Assembly (NCBI RefSeq): GCF_001949145.1
Contig: NW_019091355.1
Location: forward strand, 5,219,518 to 5,283,517
Direction of reading: 5' to 3'
From: Acanthaster planci
Lineage: Eukaryota
DNA: 64,000 nucleotides
Positions within the stretch are counted from its first letter, which is position 1. Each line of letters opens with the position of its first letter. A program made the translations under genes and the position numbers. Below are positions 12,594-23,607 of the stretch, piece after piece. The notes beneath the pieces were generated by a model, which searched no databases, had not been told where the DNA came from, and saw nothing but the letters and a program-made list of their open reading frames with translations.

Positions 12594-12680
12594 ATGTTGC
12601 GGTGTTGCAGATGCAGATTGCGCAAATGTTTGGCATTTACGTTTGTGATTTTCTGTGCTTCTGTGTGCATCTTATTTTCG
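12594..12680 (+). CDS. FUT10: FUT10-like fucosyltransferase, coding exon 1 (cytoplasmic tail + signal anchor)
   Basis: Translates MLRCCRCRLRKCLAFTFVIFCASVCILFS, a basic tail plus hydrophobic segment typical of type II membrane glycosyltransferases. In-frame TAA upstream at 12564. Donor G|GTATTT at 12681, phase 0. Not in the ORF track. Confidence 0.75.
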
Positions 12681-12800
12681 GTATTTGTATTCATTTTTGG
12701 TCATAGTAGATTTTCATCGTACTGTGTCATTCAAAGTTGGGTGCGATTTTGCAATTGAGCTGAGCTGAACATGCTGGGCCAAACATGAGGCTGCATCACC

Positions 12801-12964
12801 GTACTTCCTGAATAAGAACAGCAAAGTACTACTTCAGTGGCCTCACTGATTCATGATGGTACTTCCTGGTGCAGGGCACTTTTCAAATGCTGTTGCATAA
12901 GGAACCATCAAACATTGGGAGTAAGTAAGGCCTACAGAGTAGTGCCTTACTGTTCAGGAAGTAC
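12801..12964. mobile_element. Short foldback (MITE-like) element in FUT10 intron
   Basis: Perfect 12 bp terminal inverted repeat GTACTTCCTGAA / TTCAGGAAGTAC, with imperfect pairing continuing inward (CAGCAAAGTACTACT / AGTAGTGCCTTACTG; GATGGT / ACCATC). Confidence 0.7.
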
Positions 12965-13368
12965 ATACATAGGCCTAGTAACCTCTATAAAAAACCTTGA
13001 GTGTGTACTCGTCGCGTGACCTGAAGCAACGACCGCCATTGCCAACGTGAAAAAATTCAAACATGCTTGGCGCGCACTCGCATGCGGTGTTCGTATTGCT
13101 CATAACGTGTGATACGTGTGGATACCTGTCACAGAAGCACATTCTGGTCGCTGCAAAATCAGTTTAAAAGCGGCATGCGGTTATATCACTACTGGGCACT
13201 TTTTAAGTTTTAGCTTACTTTTGCTCACAGTACAATGGCAAATGGCAACTGCATGTCCATGTCGGCACATGAGTACTGCGTACGTAGAATACGGAGTGCG
13301 CCCTCTAGGTTTTTTTTTCTGTGGGATTCATAAATGCCACATGTCAGTCCCGGAAATGTGCGATTGAA

Positions 13369-13863
13369 GAAACATTTCCAAATTCAGAAAATGCCCGCTT
13401 CCTAAGTAGGAAATGTTTCCCAATTATGGTAACGATAACGTTTCCCAATTCAGAATTTTGGAAATACAAAATTCAACCACACTAGTGCAAAATTTGACAT
13501 GTTGGCGATGATAAAAAGTTTCTGAAGTGTGATTTACGTTTACTTGCGTAAATTTCTGTCTGTGCAAATCAAAATGTTATCTGTACATTTTCTTTCAAAA
13601 GTTGATAACATTCGACCATATAAGCCTAGGTGGTCATATCCCAGTCCATCCCCTCTCTGAGTACCAGCCCCCTCTCCCAACCATGAGTTTTGTCGGCCAC
13701 CCAAACGACACATGCTGGGTGTGACACTGACTGAAACGGTATCAAAGGGGTTGCAGTTTCACATTTCCCTTTAGAAATGGCACTCTTTACTTGCATATGT
13801 ACATTTATACTGTGCTGGAAATTTTCTAATTCGGTAACTTGTTTCTGAATCGGAAAATGTTTC
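13369..13863. repeat. Degenerate inverted-repeat element fragment
   Basis: GAAACATTTCCAAATTCAGAAA (13369) is an imperfect reverse complement of TTTCTGAATCGGAAAATGTTTC (~13842-13863); GTTTCC(C/T)AATT sub-repeats at both ends. Confidence 0.4.
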
Positions 13864-15686
13864 CTAATTTGCGCTTTTCCTTGACTAATGCAGGCCTATG
13901 GTGTTCCTGACCTTCAGAACCCTGTTCCTATGATAAGGAAACACCGAGGTCATTTTTTTATAAGATGACTGACATTTTGACCTTGGGCATTCATAACTTA
14001 ATCCTGACAGCTCTAGGTAACTTTGAAGTATATTTAAGTACAAAACAATTCTCTTAGCTGCTTTGTCAATCAAGCTATTTTGCTTCAAATCAGCTGAAGG
14101 TGGAGGCACTTCACCTCTAGTCCGGTTACTAGGTCTGACCATTGGGAATAAACAAAGATTCATCAACATTTATCACAAATCTTCATCCAGGTTAAGGAGC
14201 CAGATTAAACTTATTACCCCAAATCCTAAAGTTTATGGTAGTTCATTCACTACCTTGCTGTTTTACCCTATAATTTCCTTAAAAAATTCAGAGCCCTACC
14301 CACTTTTCACAAACACAGTCTTTCTGATATGAAAGAGGACATATCTAGGTCACTGGTTTTGTTGTTTCCATAGATAGGAAGATGATGCCAAAGATAAGGA
14401 ACACTGCATGTCTGATAAGATTTACGTAGGCCAACGATCGGATGAAGTGAACCAGTCAGAAATTGAATTTTAAGTGTTGTTAAGAAAATTTCTTGAAATG
14501 CTTTCTCATCACATCAAATCACAGATGGCCCTACAAAATAATAAGAAATTTTCAAACGTTTGTTAGAAGAAAACAGAAATTGCCCCTAAATGTCTTTAAA
14601 AAGAGCAGCAGCTACTTTAGGCTGAAAAATTAATGTGATTGGTCAGTGTGGATGAGCAAGCTTCAAGTACTGACGCTGATTGGCTGATACTGGCTCAGTA
14701 GTAAGCACAATCTTAGTCCAAAACAAAAAGTGGTTTTCTTGAAGGGGATTCTGCAAATTTTATTTTTCTGGTTTGGTTTAGCATTTGAATATTGGGAATC
14801 ATTTTATCAGACACTTAGAATGCAAAACCGTGAGTAGAGGATGGCTTGAATTGGAGGACGTGAAAAATGAAATCAGATTCATGTTTCTCAGGTAGACTGC
14901 TTCCATTGGGTCGTGTATAAAATGCAGTACATGTACTTCATTTGTCATCCAAACCCATAATGCATTGTGAATGTTGAAAAGGTTTATTCATGTCCAATCT
15001 TGGGGTTATGCTACCCCTGGGGTTCATTGTCACACCTTTCTGAGAAGCGTAATGATGAGCCCCATAGTTTTAGGGGTTGCTGTCATACAAGCCCCATACA
15101 TTGGCCAGTCTGCTGTACTCGAAAACCTCCGTATCCTTGGCCCTAAATTGCTCATGAACTCTGTAAATTTTCCTACCGGTACTTTCTGAAGCACTTCCCT
15201 CTGAGCCCCATATTTCTCACTCAGCTTTGCTCATGCAGGCAGTTTGTTAATTCATACGAACTGCAAGTCCCCAAGTGTTCCAGTCTGTAAAATTTTGGTC
15301 TCTGTTTTGTCATTTCAACACTACCATTTGTGTACTACACTGATTCATTCAAGTGTTTGAATGATCAAGGAACACAGATGACTAATTACTTTGTAGGCTT
15401 TAGGTAAAAATCATCTCCACCGACGTTCCAAACTCAAGTTATGGGCATTCAAAGTTTGGTTGAGAAATTGGAAGGTCAAAGTTTAACTCACAAGCCATGT
15501 GACCCAAAGCACCTTGAACCAAGCAAACCCAGACCTCAAGAAAGACATCAAGGAGGAGCCTTGTAGGGGCACTTCTAATAGAGGGGCCCTAGTAGGATCA
15601 CGGTAGAAGCCCTCGTGGCAATTTTGGGAAAATCATCGGTTTAGTTTCCCAAGTCCAATCTGTGCATCTTTCTTCTTTTTGTGAAG

Positions 15687-15801
15687 GTTTTGCAGTCATT
15701 TGACGACCAGGACTTCTACTGGGATGATGGAGCTAATGGTTTTCAGCAGCAGTTCCAGCTTTTTGATCATGTCGACTATGGAGGAGAACTCATTTCAAAA
15801 A
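15687..15801 (+). CDS. FUT10: FUT10-like fucosyltransferase, coding exon 2 (stem region)
   Basis: Polypyrimidine tract + AAG acceptor (in-frame alternative TTTTGCAG acceptor at 15695). Reads VLQSFDDQDFYWDDGANGFQQQFQLFDHVDYGGELISK. Donor A|GTATTG at 15802 is phase 1, matching the phase of the next exon. Confidence 0.65.
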
Positions 15802-16884
15802 GTATTGTTTTGCATAAAGCTTTTTTTTTTTACCTTAGAACAAGCTATGGTCAATGTTGACAGGATTTTTATACCTGATCTCGGTTTTAACATTTCTGGC
15901 ACTGACTCAAGTGGCTGTATGTTGACGTCAGTTTGTGTCATCTTAAACTCTAGAAGAAGAAGATTTCATCTGATTTTCATGTACAATGTAATTTATTACT
16001 TTAGAACAATTTCAAGGAGCCTGAAATTCTTCATGATGAATGTTAGGAAGTGACAGTGCACTTACCAATTGTTTGGCCCAAGTAATGTTCTGTTAATACT
16101 TCTTTCATTGTTGATAATCAAGCTGGGTAGATACAGGTGCATTACAATCAAAGTTTCCTCTTGTGGTTGGATTGACCAATCCATGCCATGTAATGCAGTG
16201 TAAGCGTGCTCTGTGAAAAACAAGTGCTTGCTTCACTTACAAATGGAGCTGTGCAAGGCTGTCTGTATGTCGGATTCATCTCTAGTCCTGCAGGCTTCAA
16301 CTTTTGTGCAACCTTTTTTAAGTTGAGACCCTCTAGCATAGTACAACTCCATTTTCTTAGATGGGAGCATCTGGTTCAGTATTTTCCACTTGGTCAAGGT
16401 TTTGAGTATTTCCATTTGGTTACCGTAGTAAATATTTAAAACTGATTGTAGAGCTCAAGATGAAGCCAAAGACATAAGCAAAGCTGAGATTTAAAGAAAA
16501 ACAACCTGAACGCTCTGGAACACTCATGAGTAGCCCAGTAGTTCTTCCAAAGGCCCAACAGGAGGTTTGGAGGATTTTGCATGAGTAACGTTTATTTGGG
16601 AAAATGGATCTCCTGCAGTGCTGCCCTGTTACCGTGGCGTTCTTTGCACAAAGAATGTACGATCCAGACCCTGCTTGGGGAGGGGGTAGAATTTAGACGA
16701 TTCTAGAAGGTTTCTTGGAAGGGAGTTAGGATTAATCCTGCAAACTGTGGGGGGAGAAGTAAGTATGGTAAACCGTAACCCAGAGGCGCAAGAAGGGCAT
16801 CCTAAAGGAGTGATTTCTTTTTGAAAAGAGACTGTTACATGGAATAATGTGCTAAGCTGCCTCATTCTCCCTGGTAATTTGTAG

Positions 16885-18116
16885 ATGGCACAGACCAGCA
16901 CGACAGCAATAACGTGAATGTCTCCGGCATGGACATCAAAGTACCCATCCTGCTTTGGTGGACCCCCTTCACCGGCGAGCGAGGCAAGGTCAAGACGTGC
17001 GGGGCCGACCACTGCTTCTTCACAGTGGACCGACACTTCAGGGACCACCCCAAGACCAAGGCCTTTCTATTCTACGGCACCGACTTCCGGCCCAGGGACC
17101 TCCCTCTGCCCCGGAAGAAACACCACGAGTGGGCCCTGCTCCACGAGGAGTCGCCCAAGAACAACTACGTGCTGTCCCACGGAGAGTGCCTGACGCTCTT
17201 CAACCACACGGCTACCTTCAAGCGCGAGTCAGACTTCCCCATCACCACCCAGTACTTGGAGAAACTCTCCGATTTGACGAGTACCAAGTATCTTGTCCCC
17301 ACACAGTTGAAGAGCACTGGTGGGTTAGCCCCTTTGGTTTATGTCCATTCTGACTGCGACCCACCGTCCGATCGGGATAGATACGTTAAAGAGCTTATGA
17401 AGTACATACCCATAGACTCCTATGGGCAATGCTTACACAACAAGGATTTGCCGCCTGAACTGGTTGATCCGCTCACCATGCACAGTGAGGGGCTGTATAA
17501 GATCCTGGCACAATATAAATTCAATCTTGCCTTTGAAAATGCAATATGCAATGACTACATTACAGAAAAACTCTGGCGCCCTCTGGTGCTGGGGTCAGTG
17601 CCAGTCTATAGGGGGTCCCCGAGTGTTCGGGATTGGCTACCAGACAATCAATCAGCTGTCATCGCCGATGACTTCTCCAGTCCCAAAGAACTGGCCACTT
17701 ATCTCAACCGCCTTGTCAGCAACAACATAGAATACGACAAATATTTGAATTTCAAGAAAGTCGGTGTAGCGAACCGCAGGCTCATTCAAACCATGGAGGC
17801 CAGAAAGTGGGGCGTGAACAACGACAATCTCCCAAACTTCATCGATGAGTTTGAGTGCTTCGTTTGCGCCCGGGTTCACGAGAACCTGAAACGCGCCGCT
17901 CTGCGTCTATCGCTCAAAACATTCCAGGCATCGGAAGATCACTATAACTGTCCGAGACCGAGAGCGTACAACAACCTCCAGAGTTTCTGGAGTCCCATTG
18001 AGCTGTATCTTCAGATGTATGACAGGGACAAGAAGAAAGCGAAGGCACTCAGAAAGCTTGTCCAAGCAGGGCGAGAATTCTCTCTGAAAGAATTCAGGGA
18101 ATTAGCATCTGAATAA
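16885..18116 (+). CDS. FUT10: FUT10-like GT10 fucosyltransferase, catalytic exon
   Basis: Acceptor TTTGTAG| at 16884. Motifs PILLWW, FLFYGTDF, HEESPKNN, SDCDPPSDRD, YKFNLAFENAICNDYITEKLWRPL, FECFVC are diagnostic of FUT10/FUT11 and closest to FUT10 as I recall it. Spliced CDS 87+115+1232 nt = 477 aa. Confidence 0.95.
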
Positions 18117-18753
18117 ACATGTTCCATCTAAAAGAAAATCAGTTGAAAAGTTTATTTCCAAATGCAGCCAGTACCATTTGGTACCCATTAGAATCCCATC
18201 TTTTCTTAGTTGCCGAAAATCAATTTCATTGGATTCTACGTAGTTAATCACAACTCAATACAGCAAAAAGTGAAATGAACTTTACTGTCTATGTTGTTCT
18301 TATTCTCCTGTGATCTGAACAGTCAAATCCTCTCTCAAAATGCATTTATTTGAGTAGAATCCTTGAGAGGGGTCTAATCTGAAACTAAAGTTTCATATGT
18401 TTCAAATGGGTATTTGGCATTTTGGAAATAAACTTTTCCAGTACTTTTCAAGTTAAGAACCCCTCTGCGGTAAACTAAGGAAGTCCTGAAGGGACCTCTT
18501 TTTTTAAATTTTGAATTTCATTTTTGAATTGTCCACCACGATCAAGGCAAGCAATGTATATGCATTACTTTCTTGTATTCCAGTTTTCTCTAGGTAAACA
18601 AGAGACAGACATCACCCTCGCTCAATTTCCAAAGTGTTGGATTGAAAACTAGAATTTGGTTTGTGGAGCCCTTGATTTTCATTTGTGGTCATGTATGACA
18701 AATGGAGATGTAAGCAGCTGTAACTTTGTGTGTTTTCTCATACTCTTTCCCAG

Positions 18754-19350
18754 GAATGTATTATACAAATACATCATTGTTTGAGGGGAAGTAGCGGGAA
18801 TTACTGGTCCCGAGGTTGTAGGTAACCTTGACTACCTCCTGATGCAAAGTAGAGGGAGGTAGTCAAGCTGACCTACACCGAGGGATCAGTAATTCCCACA
18901 ATTTTCCCGAAATAAACCATGCTGTATTTGTTTTACTACATTTCATAAATATTCAAACAGAAGTCTCACGTTACTTGTACTCACAGACGCCATTGTTGTT
19001 TCTCAGCTGCTAAATTTCCATGTAATGATAGTGGAGTGCAGATGTGCGTAGAAACAGGGCTTCAATAGTCTGGTGCTGACATACGTTTTGGGTCTTTACT
19101 GTAATAGTTATTAGGATACAACTCCAGACTGGTTCCGTAAAGATTATATGACACAGACTACATATTTACACGGCAGGTTCAAGAGGGATTTTTTGATGCT
19201 ACTAGAAAAAACTACTGCATGGCAGCGAGGCGGATACTCACCGCTATGATGTCACCTGGTCGCGTATCATTTCTACTTCCGTGACGTGAGGCGGAATTGG
19301 CCAATGACGCGCTCCAATTTGCTCATGAATATTTATGAGGTTTCATAAAT
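18754..19350 (-). mobile_element. Non-autonomous element with ~190 bp terminal hairpin
   Basis: Long inverted repeat 18754-18944 (GGGAATTACTGGTCCC / GGGATCAGTAATTCCC; CTTGACTACCTCC / GGAGGTAGTCAAG; ACAAATACA / TGTATTTGT). The other end carries TGACGTG..CCAAT..ATGAATATTTATG at ~19282-19338. Confidence 0.7.
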
Positions 19351-20602
19351 TTTTCTACCTAACAGGCAGTATTTGATGCCACTTGTAGCCTGGCGCCCCT
19401 TTGACTTTTTGAGAATTTTATTTAAAATTGTTGGATCTGCATAAACGTCTTTCTGTAGTTACAGATGTTTAGCGTACGTATACAGTCAAACAAGGAAACA
19501 ACTCTCTTGTCTTGCCAATATGCTTCCTGATGATAGTGATGATACAGACGTGAACAATAGATTCTTGAGATAATATTTTTGGATTAACATATTTTTGTAC
19601 TGGCATTTTTATAAACAGTGTACGGTAAAATGTGGTTCTCTTAATAACAGTATTGTTACCCGTGGTTCTGCAAAACAGAGCCTAATATTAGCTCCTTAGA
19701 ATTGAGAAGTTGCAGGACGAATCCAAATTTTCAGGGAGCGGGCAAACAAATTTAGGGAACACATTAATGTTATGATATCTTCACATAATTTTTATAGTCT
19801 TTCTGAGGTTTGGGGCTGAGAAAAGGAAATGGAACTGGGCCAACATTTATCCTCTTTTTTTCCGTCATGAAAACCCACAAAAATTGATTCCCATATTTAC
19901 CGTACGATAGCTAATGAATGCCGCCTTCTTAGTTTCTTTGCACGTGTACTTACATAACTTTCAAGGGGGGATGGGGGTTAAGCCCCACGTGAAGAACAAG
20001 GAAGTATGGTGGCTGGGCACTACCTTCTTCAATCCTGCAAAATTCACCAAGAAGTTTGAGAGGATATCGGAGAGTAAGGAATATGGGTTATTACAGACAC
20101 CCACCCACCCACCCACCCACACGTACGTTGTGTGCAAGTTCCATTTATTCACCTGTGTTCAAGAAAACTCCAGCTAAAAGCTCTTTCAACTCCCAGTGTG
20201 ATAACTCCTTGAAGCCGGGTTTTGGATGCTGATTTCGCGAACCTTTCTTTTCATTTTGCCACAAATAACCTCAACTCCAAAATGCCTGGGAAGTTGTTGG
20301 TCAGAGAGGGGAAATACTGTAGGTGCATGGACGTGTGCAATTCCACACAGTGTCCTCTAACCCTGCATTGTGTGGACCACTTTTGTGCAGAGCTCTATAC
20401 TCCACACCTGTGCCCACATTGCAAGGAGACCTATTCACTTGTCAATTAGATTTTCCGAACTAGTTTACACAAGTTCTGTACTAGTTGTATGCATCAAGTT
20501 TTACATGCACAAACAAGCTAGTACATGTTGTACAAGTGTATGCTTAGGTTATGTTCTATTGGAACTCATTGGTAACGGAATGTACATGTAATGATTGCTT
20601 GT

Positions 20603-20644
20603 ACTTAAATAATAATTTGATAGACTTAAATAATAATTTAATAG
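20603..20644. repeat. 21 bp tandem duplication
   Basis: ACTTAAATAATAATTT(G/A)ATAG x2. Confidence 0.85.
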
Positions 20645-21536
20645 ATAATTTGCAGACAATGATAGCCTATTCAACATGTAGCGAAGAGTTGGTATCAAAA
20701 CAGCAAAAGTCAATATGGAAGGCTTGGTGTTAGATCAAAAAGTAGTTAGAGAATACCATTCTGTAGTATAAAATTAGCTATTAATTATAGGGTACTGATT
20801 AAGTAGATGACATAAAAAAGCCACTTGTCAAAGTATATAATAAGTCAAAATATATATGCCACTCACCCTGGTTTTTTTTGGGGTACCTAGCATTATATAT
20901 TTTCATTAAGAGAATTTCAGGATCTTTGTAAATGCTTTTTTTTATATGTTACCAAGTCTTTCATTGGGTATTGAAAGGGTCAAAGAAAAGTCATATTCAC
21001 TTGTGCACATCTTGTGTAAATTACATTTGTTTAGATGTCTTGTAATTTTTTGTAAATTTTTTACCCTAGAGAAAGACCTTGCTAAGATTGAAACATCAGT
21101 TACCTTTCGAGTTTTGTACATTTCAGGTTACTCCAGTCAATGGAATGTTTTTTGTTTGTTGGGGGGAGGGGTTAAAAAAGCCATTTTTCTATTAAAAAAG
21201 GATGTCTGCTTTGGAAGTTAAATTTATTTTGTTTCTCTTCAAAAGTCATTTAGTTCAGGAGAATCCAAGAAATAAAGTGGACATTCTTAAAATAACTGGT
21301 CTACACTTAACCAGAGTCAGGTCACAAAAGTAGTTTAATGTCATGCAGTAAAAATTTGTCAGATCTTTTTAAAGTGAACTGTAGACGATAGGGTCGGTAA
21401 ACCAATTTCCTTTTCAAGCGTGTCTGCGGTAGTGGTGGTTTCCAACTTATCACATGCACTGATGCTCTCCGTACCACGGGATATACATGTATATCGGAGG
21501 CGGCTGGTTATCTGATCCTGATCGTTGGACTGTGAT

Positions 21537-21551
21537 AGCGCCCTCTTGCGG
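21537..21551 (-). promoter_or_regulatory. CTCF-like motif between FUT10 3' end and STOX promoter
   Basis: Minus strand CCGCAAGAGGGCGCT, close to the CCRSYAGRKGGCRS consensus. Confidence 0.5.
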
Positions 21552-22515
21552 ACCACAAATGCGTGAACGCACGCGGTTTGAGATTTGCCTATCTTTACGT
21601 CCTCCTGACCCTCTTTCGTGATCCCGGACTAAAATTGCATTCATTTACATTGTTTTATCCCTCCTATGGAGAAGACGAACACGAATATGAGATCTGAAAA
21701 TGATCGCGCTGCTACGATCCGTTGTACACAAATACGTAGAAACAGACCTACGTAGAGAATGCCACATTTTCGCGGCATGCTACAAGTTACACGAATAAGA
21801 AAAGAAGGGATTAACTACATATTTTGTTTACTGTCAAGTAAAACGAACTTTATGCGGCTTTGAATAGTAATTCTGCCCTTTCCTGGTCAATGCCCACATA
21901 AATCCCCCGAAACATCATTGCCATCCGTCGCAGAATTAACCACACACACACACACAAACAAAACATTTCTTCGTTTCCTCAGATATCAACTTCCCCAGGC
22001 CTGTTGCCCAAATTGCTTGCAGCCTCTCCACCCTTGTTCTACTGTCCAGTGATTGTGGTTTCCTTCATCAGTATAGTCGTCACGGAGCATTCAAGTATCG
22101 TCTGGTAATCAGCTTCAAGTTTGCATCTTCCATCTTACTAGGAGCACCACTGGTCGCCTTGCGTAGTGTGTTCATAGTCTGAGTGTGCTCCGGTGTCGGT
22201 AAACGTGGGGCAGATTCCAGTCGCCAAGCGATAAATACGGGCGCGAGACTACCTGGCGAGACACCGCCAAGTCCCGAGCGCTATTTGCCCGGTAACCCGA
22301 TGATCCGTGTGCTTGTCTCTGTTACATCTCGCGGATTACATGGCGAGTAGGGTTACAGTGGCATCTTTTGTTGCCAAGAGCGACCTGCACTGCTCTCGTA
22401 CGGAGAAAGGAAATCTGTACGAGAAGTCTTGGAGTCGAGTACAGGAAGAAATGAAATCTTTTGAGCACCAGCTTGGCGTCAAACATCAACCGCATCTTGT
22501 CTACAGCAGACGACG

Positions 22516-22529
22516 GTTGCCATAGTAAC
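22516..22529. promoter_or_regulatory. RFX X-box upstream of STOX start codon
   Basis: GTTGCCATAGTAAC fits the GTNRCC-N(0-3)-RGYAAC consensus. Confidence 0.55.
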
Positions 22530-22750
22530 GCTTCAAAAAAGATCACTCCCTGTGATATGGAATGACTTCCCTTTCGTTTTGTGATTAATAAAGTAACAGG
22601 ATCATGGGGGCGTATATGATACAGTTTCGGGAGACGGTGGAAACAATTCCAAGTTTCCCCTCAACTTCATATCAAAACATTAACAAGAAGGACGCACAAT
22701 TTACAGCCAGAAGCAGTAACGCAAAATGCAGTTAATGAAAAGCGGTTAAA

Positions 22751-22800
22751 TGTACTTTGATAAAACGAAATGAATTGTACTTTAATAAAACGAAATGAAT
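22751..22800. repeat. 25 bp tandem duplication
   Basis: TGTACTTT(G/A)ATAAAACGAAATGAAT x2, one mismatch. Confidence 0.9.
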
Positions 22801-23240
22801 TCAACAAACTGAAAGAAGACTTTCTGAAAAGTAATTTCTGCAATTATAGAAGAAAGCAATTAGACCAAAGTCTTTTATCACTAAACTTTGATAACGTAAT
22901 TTGAGGGGTACAGTACTGGAGAAGAACAAGTGCACTCCATGACAGGCGCCTTTACACCATTCCTTCAGTAGCTGGCAGCTTTTGTGATCATCAGAGCATG
23001 GAGCAAGTAGGCAGTTGCATTGAATGAACGACTGATAACGGAGTCTAACCATTCACTTCACTGCACAATGCACCTGTCCAACGTCCAAACCGGGCTCACG
23101 ATCTACATGCGCATAATAGATTGCTACCAGTACCAGTCGCACACACATAAAACGTACGGGAACAGCTGGAGTCGCACGATTTCGTGAAGAACCATGATCT
23201 GACACACACTGGAATTACACCCTAGAAAAGACCCTTCAAA

Positions 23241-23607
23241 ATGTCGCAGAAAAGCGTCAAACCGGAGAGAAAATCGCCCAAGAATGTGGTCCTCTCGCCC
23301 GGCTGCCTTGCACTGGCGTTGAGCCCACTGCAGATCAAGAAGGACACGGACTCGGAAAGTTTGAAGTCGCACCACCACCACCACCGCAAAGTAGGCAAGG
23401 AGTTGTTCAGGGATTTCCAGCGGGAGAACAAGCACAGCTTCTGGAACAAGCCGCTGGCCGAGAGCGTTAAAGAGGTGGCATTTCTGGGCTTCCTTGAGCC
23501 TTGGGTGCTCCTGATTAGAGGCAGCGAGAAGGAGTTAGATTGCCTGAGAGAAGCCTACGCAAGGAGGGTGCTGAAACCCCCCAAGAATTTCACCATCGCA
23601 AATTTGG
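23241..23607 (+). CDS. STOX1: Storkhead-box protein, coding exon 1
   Basis: VVLSPGCLALAL..GKELFRDFQRENKHSFWN..LREAYARRVLKPPKNFTIANL parallels the STOX1 N-terminus (LAPGSLALVL..FWN..LRDAWRRRALRPP). Canonical donor G|GTAAGT at 23608, phase 1. Probably the single pro-orthologue of STOX1/STOX2. Confidence 0.9.

Noticed and set aside
12681..16884. U12-type introns in FUT10
   Set aside because: Donors are GTATTT/GTATTG rather than GTATCCTT, and no TCCTTAAC branch point is seen.
16914..16932. ORF-track start of the fucosyltransferase
   Set aside because: GTG start inside an exon; it lacks the signal anchor supplied by upstream exons.
16629..17879. Overlapping alternative-frame and antisense ORFs in FUT10
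   Set aside because: Shadows of GC3-rich codon usage.
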